From: [Clostridium] innocuum
GTDB taxonomy: Bacteria; Bacillota_I; Bacilli_A; Erysipelotrichales; Erysipelotrichaceae
Assembly (NCBI RefSeq): GCF_012317185.1
Contig: NZ_CP048838.1
Strand: one strand, 5' to 3'
DNA: 32,000 nt
Both the position numbers and the translations under genes were made by a program. Positions 28,085-32,000 of the stretch are shown here, piece by piece. The notes under the pieces were generated by a model, which was not told the origin of the DNA, searched no databases, and saw only the letters and a program-made list of their open reading frames with translations. Each line of letters opens with the position of its first letter. The first letter of the stretch is position 1.

Positions 28085-28549
28085 ATGAATGATACATTGA
28101 TCTGTGATGAGCTTTGTGAACTTGATTTAGATGTGAGAAGTACAGATGAGTTTTTTGAAGTCATGAGCAAAAAGGCTAAGGATCTGGGCTATGTAACAGA
28201 ACAATTTCTATCAGCCATAAAAAAACGGGAACAGGATTATCCTACCGCATTGCCGGTAAAGCCTTATCCGGTTGCAATACCGCATTCCGATCCCATCAAC
28301 ATCGTGAAGCAGTTTATTGCACCTGTTCGTTTGAAAAATGCAATCAGCTGGTGTGAAATGGCGAACAATGACAGCATCCTTTCGGTACAAATTGTGTTTC
28401 TTCTGGGCTTTAAAAGAGAAGAGGGACATGTGGAAATTCTACAGCTGCTGCTGCAGAACTTTCAGAACGAGGACACGATGGAAAGCTTGCTGAAGGCCGC
28501 AACAAAGGAAGAATTTCTGGAAATAGTGAAGCAAATGGAAGGACTCTAA
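28085..28549 (+). CDS. PTS EIIA, fructose/mannitol/galactitol (EIIA_2) type
   Basis: 154 aa. YPVAIPHSDP contains the expected phospho-His. The RBS is AAAGGAGG. Confidence 0.82.
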   Translation: MNDTLICDELCELDLDVRSTDEFFEVMSKKAKDLGYVTEQFLSAIKKREQDYPTALPVKPYPVAIPHSDPINIVKQFIAPVRLKNAISWCEMANNDSILSVQIVFLLGFKREEGHVEILQLLLQNFQNEDTMESLLKAATKEEFLEIVKQMEGL

Positions 28550-28833
28550 TGAAAAAAGTAATCGTTGCTTGTGGGAATGGGGTTGCAACCTCTCAAACAG
28601 TGGCTTTTCGTATCAATCGCATGCTGGAAAAAGAGAATATCACCAATGTCAGGGTGGAGGCAGTGAACCTGCGCTCTTTACAAAGAGAGCTTCATGGAGC
28701 TCTTGCCTATATCGATATTACAAATAGTCATATGGATTATGGAATTCCTACTGTTAACGGACTTGCTTTTCTCTCAGGAGAGCATAAAGAAGAAGCGTTT
28801 CAAGAACTTATCAAAATCATAAAAAACAGGTAG
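28549..28833 (+). CDS. PTS EIIB, galactitol (GatB) type, copy 1
   Basis: MKKVIVACGNGVATSQ carries the phospho-Cys motif. 94 aa. The start overlaps the EIIA stop. Confidence 0.88.
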   Translation: MKKVIVACGNGVATSQTVAFRINRMLEKENITNVRVEAVNLRSLQRELHGALAYIDITNSHMDYGIPTVNGLAFLSGEHKEEAFQELIKIIKNR

Positions 28834-28845
28834 AAGGAGAACATT

Positions 28846-29130
28846 ATGAAAAAAGTAATCGTGGCTTGCGGAAGCGGAGTAGCTACAAGTCAAACAGTGG
28901 CATCAAAGGTAAATCGTTTGCTGAAGGAAAAAAACGTTGATGCAAAGGTAGATGCCGTAGATTTAAAATCGGTAGACCGTTACCTTGTAGATGCTGCAGC
29001 ATATATCACAATAACAAAGGTCACAAAGGAATACCCAATCCCTGTAATCAACGGAATCGCATTTTTGACAGGCATGAATCAGGATGCGGAACTGAGTAAA
29101 TTGATTGAGGCAATAAACAACGGAAAATAG
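28846..29130 (+). CDS. PTS EIIB, galactitol (GatB) type, copy 2
   Basis: MKKVIVACGSGVATSQ. 94 aa, roughly half identical to copy 1 by eye. The RBS is GAAGGAGA. Confidence 0.88.
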   Translation: MKKVIVACGSGVATSQTVASKVNRLLKEKNVDAKVDAVDLKSVDRYLVDAAAYITITKVTKEYPIPVINGIAFLTGMNQDAELSKLIEAINNGK

Positions 29131-29162
29131 AACTTTGAAGGAAGAGAAAGAAGGGAAATATA

Positions 29163-30542
29163 ATGGAAATTTTATCAGATGTTGTTAATTATCTATTAAG
29201 CTTAGGCGCAGCAATCTTTGTTCCTATTATCATTATCATTGCCGGTTTGATTGTTAGAATGAAATTGAAGGATGCAATATCCGCAGGTATTACACTCGGG
29301 GTAGCGTTTACCGGGATGACGATGCTGATCAATTTTATGACGGGGGCAATTTCACCGGCTGCGGAAGCGATGCTGAAAAATACAGGGATATCTCTGCCAA
29401 TCGTAGATGGTGGCTGGACCACAATGTCAACCATTTCTTGGTCCTGGCCATATGCGTTCCTAATGTTTCCACTCATGATTGTCATCAATATAATCATGCT
29501 GGTTATTAAAAAAACAAATACATTCAATGCGGACTTATGGAATGTCTGGGGTAAAATTTTTACAGCGGTTGGCGTTGTGGCAATTACCGGCAGCGTACCG
29601 CTGGCATTTCTGGTAGCCGCCATACAGATTGTATTTGAATTAAAAACAGCGGATGTGCACCAGCGCAGAATTGAAGAATTATCCGGTATTCCAGGCGTAA
29701 CCTGTACACATAAGATGGTCCTGTTTGGAGCGTTGATGTATCCGATTGACTGCCTGTTGAAAAAGATACCTGCATTTAACAAAAAATTTGATGCGGCTGC
29801 ATTAAAGGATAAAGTTGGTATCTTTGCTGAGAATCATGTATTGGGGTTTATTCTGGGCGTTATCTTCGGTTTGCTTGCTCAATATCCTGTCGCAGAAACA
29901 CTGACGCTTGCTATTCAGTGTGCCGCAGCCTTAACACTGTTCCCGGTCATCACAAAATATTTTATGCAGGCGCTGTCACCAATCAGTGAAGCGGTATCTG
30001 ACTTTATGAATAAAAAATTCAAGGGAAGAACACTGCTTGTCGGTCTTGACTGGCCTTTCCTTGGCGGTTCCAATGAAATATGGCTGGCAGTCATCTGGTC
30101 TGTTCCGGTAACCTTGATCTGTGCAATGCTTTTACCGGGTAATGCGATACTGCCGTTTGCAGGAATCATCAATATAGCACTTGCTGTTCCTGCTTATCTT
30201 GTAACAAAGGGAAATCTTCCGAGAATGCTTATTTTATGCACACTTGGAGTTCCTGCGTTCCTGTGGGTAGGTACTGCATTTGCTCCCTTTATCACAGACC
30301 TTGCAAACACAACCGGTGCGGTAGCATTGAAGGCCGGCGAAATGATTTCCAATTCCTCGATTGACGGGCCGGTATTCACGTATGCAATTTCACAGGTATT
30401 TGATGTGATCAACGGCAACTGGATTCCGATTATCGTATTGTTTGTATGGGTTACCTGCTATGCATTCTACTACCGCGCATTAAGCAAAGAAAACAAGCTT
30501 GCCGAGGCGAAGGATGGTAATGCAAAAGCAGCAGGTGAGTAG
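29163..30542 (+). CDS. PTS EIIC, galactitol (GatC) family
   Basis: A 459-aa polytopic membrane protein of GatC-like size and organisation, directly following the GatB-type genes. Confidence 0.85.
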   Translation: MEILSDVVNYLLSLGAAIFVPIIIIIAGLIVRMKLKDAISAGITLGVAFTGMTMLINFMTGAISPAAEAMLKNTGISLPIVDGGWTTMSTISWSWPYAFLMFPLMIVINIIMLVIKKTNTFNADLWNVWGKIFTAVGVVAITGSVPLAFLVAAIQIVFELKTADVHQRRIEELSGIPGVTCTHKMVLFGALMYPIDCLLKKIPAFNKKFDAAALKDKVGIFAENHVLGFILGVIFGLLAQYPVAETLTLAIQCAAALTLFPVITKYFMQALSPISEAVSDFMNKKFKGRTLLVGLDWPFLGGSNEIWLAVIWSVPVTLICAMLLPGNAILPFAGIINIALAVPAYLVTKGNLPRMLILCTLGVPAFLWVGTAFAPFITDLANTTGAVALKAGEMISNSSIDGPVFTYAISQVFDVINGNWIPIIVLFVWVTCYAFYYRALSKENKLAEAKDGNAKAAGE

Positions 30543-30544
30543 GC

Positions 30545-31216
30545 ATGTCTTTTACTAATAAAGAAGGTAAGCTTATCGTATTGAATATCATAGATACAAT
30601 ACAAAAGCATAAGGATTACCTAAGTGAAATAGATGGTGCAATCGGTGATGGCGATCATGGTATCAATATGAATAAAGGAGTAACGATCGCAAAGTCACAG
30701 GTGGAAAAAAACGAGACATTAAGTGAAGCGCTGTGCACGCTTTCCTGTGTGCTTATGGAAAAAATAGGAGGATCCATGGGGCCTCTCTACGGTTCAATTT
30801 TTATGGGAATGCAGGCCGCATTGGGAAATGCAGAATACATTAACGGTGCAATCATTGAAAAGATGCTGAAGCAGGCCTATGACAATATTCAGATGATCTC
30901 ACCGGCTAAGCCAGGAGATAAAACATTGGTAGATGTCCTTGCTCCTGCTGTTTCAGCGTATGCATCAGTCTTTGAAAAAACACAGGATACATGCGCTGCT
31001 CTTACAGCCTGCTCACAGGCTGCAGAAGAGGGGATGCAGGCGACCTGTGATATGCAGGCTAAATTAGGCAGAGCATCACGTCTGAAAGAAAAATCAATCG
31101 GTCATCAGGATGCAGGGGCAACCTCCTGCTGCCTGATTCTGCAGACATTCTGCTCAACGATAATAGCGTTGGAAAAAGCTTCACGAAAGGAGACTGGAGA
31201 TGCAGCGATTTGTTAA
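30545..31216 (+). CDS. dhaL: dihydroxyacetone kinase subunit L (ADP-binding, DAK2 domain)
   Basis: LSEIDGAIGDGDHGINMNKG is the DhaL signature. An all-alpha protein of about 220 aa. Confidence 0.88.
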   Translation: MSFTNKEGKLIVLNIIDTIQKHKDYLSEIDGAIGDGDHGINMNKGVTIAKSQVEKNETLSEALCTLSCVLMEKIGGSMGPLYGSIFMGMQAALGNAEYINGAIIEKMLKQAYDNIQMISPAKPGDKTLVDVLAPAVSAYASVFEKTQDTCAALTACSQAAEEGMQATCDMQAKLGRASRLKEKSIGHQDAGATSCCLILQTFCSTIIALEKASRKETGDAAIC

Positions 31217-32000
31217 CGATCCGGACATGATTGTAGATGATATGTTAAAGGGGTATGTGAAATGTCATAAGGATATCCTTCATATCAGTGAAAAGAACGA
31301 TCATGTAGTTGTGAAAAACCGGCAAAGGAAGCATAAGGTAGGAATCGTAAGTGGAGGGGGAAGCGGTCATGAGCCATGTTTTCTTGGTTATGTCGGCGAA
31401 CACATGCTGGATGCTGTAGCAGTAGGAGAAGTATTTTCTTCTCCCCCTGCCACTGCGTTTCATCAGGCATTTTTAGAGGCTGATACCGGTGCAGGCGTTG
31501 CCTGTCTGTTTGGCAATTATGCCGGCGATAATATGAATGTGAAAATGGCAGTACAAATGGCGGCAATGCAGCAGGTAAATGTACGCTATGTTACGGCCAA
31601 TGATGATATTGCAAGCGCACCGTTGGATGAAAAAGAGAAGCGTCATGGAATTGCAGGAAGTCTGTTCATGTGGAAAATCGGGTGTGCAAAGGCAGAGCTT
31701 GGCGGTACGCTGGATGAAGTGATCGATGCAGCACAGGCTGCTGTAAATGAAACCAGAAGCTTGTGTGTAGGGCTGACCCCCTGCTCAATACCTGCTGTCG
31801 GTCATGCTAATTTTGAGATTCAGGAAGGTACCATGGAATATGGTATCGGACATCATGGTGAGCCCGGGCTGATTGTAGAATCATTGAAAAGCGCAATAGA
31901 AATCGCCGCGGTACTCTGTGAGAAAATAGAAGCAGATTTAAAGCTGAAGCATGGAGAAGAAATATCTGTCATCGTATCCGGGCTGGGCGGAACGCCAATT
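31200..32000 (+). CDS. dhaK: dihydroxyacetone kinase subunit K (DAK1 domain), truncated by the window end
   Basis: Not in the ORF track because it is open-ended. The ATG at 31200 follows AAAGGAG and overlaps the dhaL end. MQRFVNDPDMIVDDMLKGY, VSGGGSGHEPCFLGYVGEHMLDAVAVGEVFSSP, RHGIAG and GIGHHGEPG are present. The frame is open to 32000. Confidence 0.9.
   Translation, partial: MQRFVNDPDMIVDDMLKGYVKCHKDILHISEKNDHVVVKNRQRKHKVGIVSGGGSGHEPCFLGYVGEHMLDAVAVGEVFSSPPATAFHQAFLEADTGAGVACLFGNYAGDNMNVKMAVQMAAMQQVNVRYVTANDDIASAPLDEKEKRHGIAGSLFMWKIGCAKAELGGTLDEVIDAAQAAVNETRSLCVGLTPCSIPAVGHANFEIQEGTMEYGIGHHGEPGLIVESLKSAIEIAAVLCEKIEADLKLKHGEEISVIVSGLGGTPI

Noticed and set aside
29189-29782. A 197-aa ORF antisense to the GatC-type EIIC gene.
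   Set aside because: It is a shadow ORF within a membrane-protein gene that fits the operon context.

Overview
A 32-kb chromosomal segment from a mid-GC Bacillota-type genome (strong GGAGG ribosome-binding sites, a T-box leader, cre boxes, rpmE-tdk adjacency; the taxon is inference only). Coding density is high and most genes are core metabolism. Left to right: a decayed IS200-type tnpA; MazG-like, DppA/M55 and Crp/Fnr genes; a nitrosative-stress cluster (cupin, hybrid-cluster protein Hcp with a fused C-terminal DUF1858-like domain, hemerythrin-domain protein); a reverse-strand Asp-box lipoprotein; T-box-controlled metG; a small AT-rich islet (23-bp tandem repeats, orphan AbiEi/DUF6088-like gene, iron-sulfur flavoprotein, small Rossmann-like protein, unannotated 31-aa ORF); a glvC-glvA-glvR alpha-glucoside PTS operon; two overlapping MerR paralogs that each end in a transmembrane helix; a DUF1266-DUF2185 fusion; a YtrA-type GntR/ABC/permease module; an Rpn (PDDEXK_2) nuclease; rpmE; a TnpB-only IS605-family element inserted between rpmE and tdk; and a galactitol-family PTS (EIIA, two EIIB, EIIC) followed by dhaL-dhaK. 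I found no tRNA, rRNA or CRISPR array. The best second-look candidates are the Hcp / DUF1858 / hemerythrin arrangement with a perfect palindrome at about -41.5, the membrane-anchored MerR pair, the Rpn gene with an SD-preceded internal start, the frameshifted TnpB element, and the Gat-PTS plus DhaLK combination. Every family assignment rests on motif recognition by eye. No database search was run.
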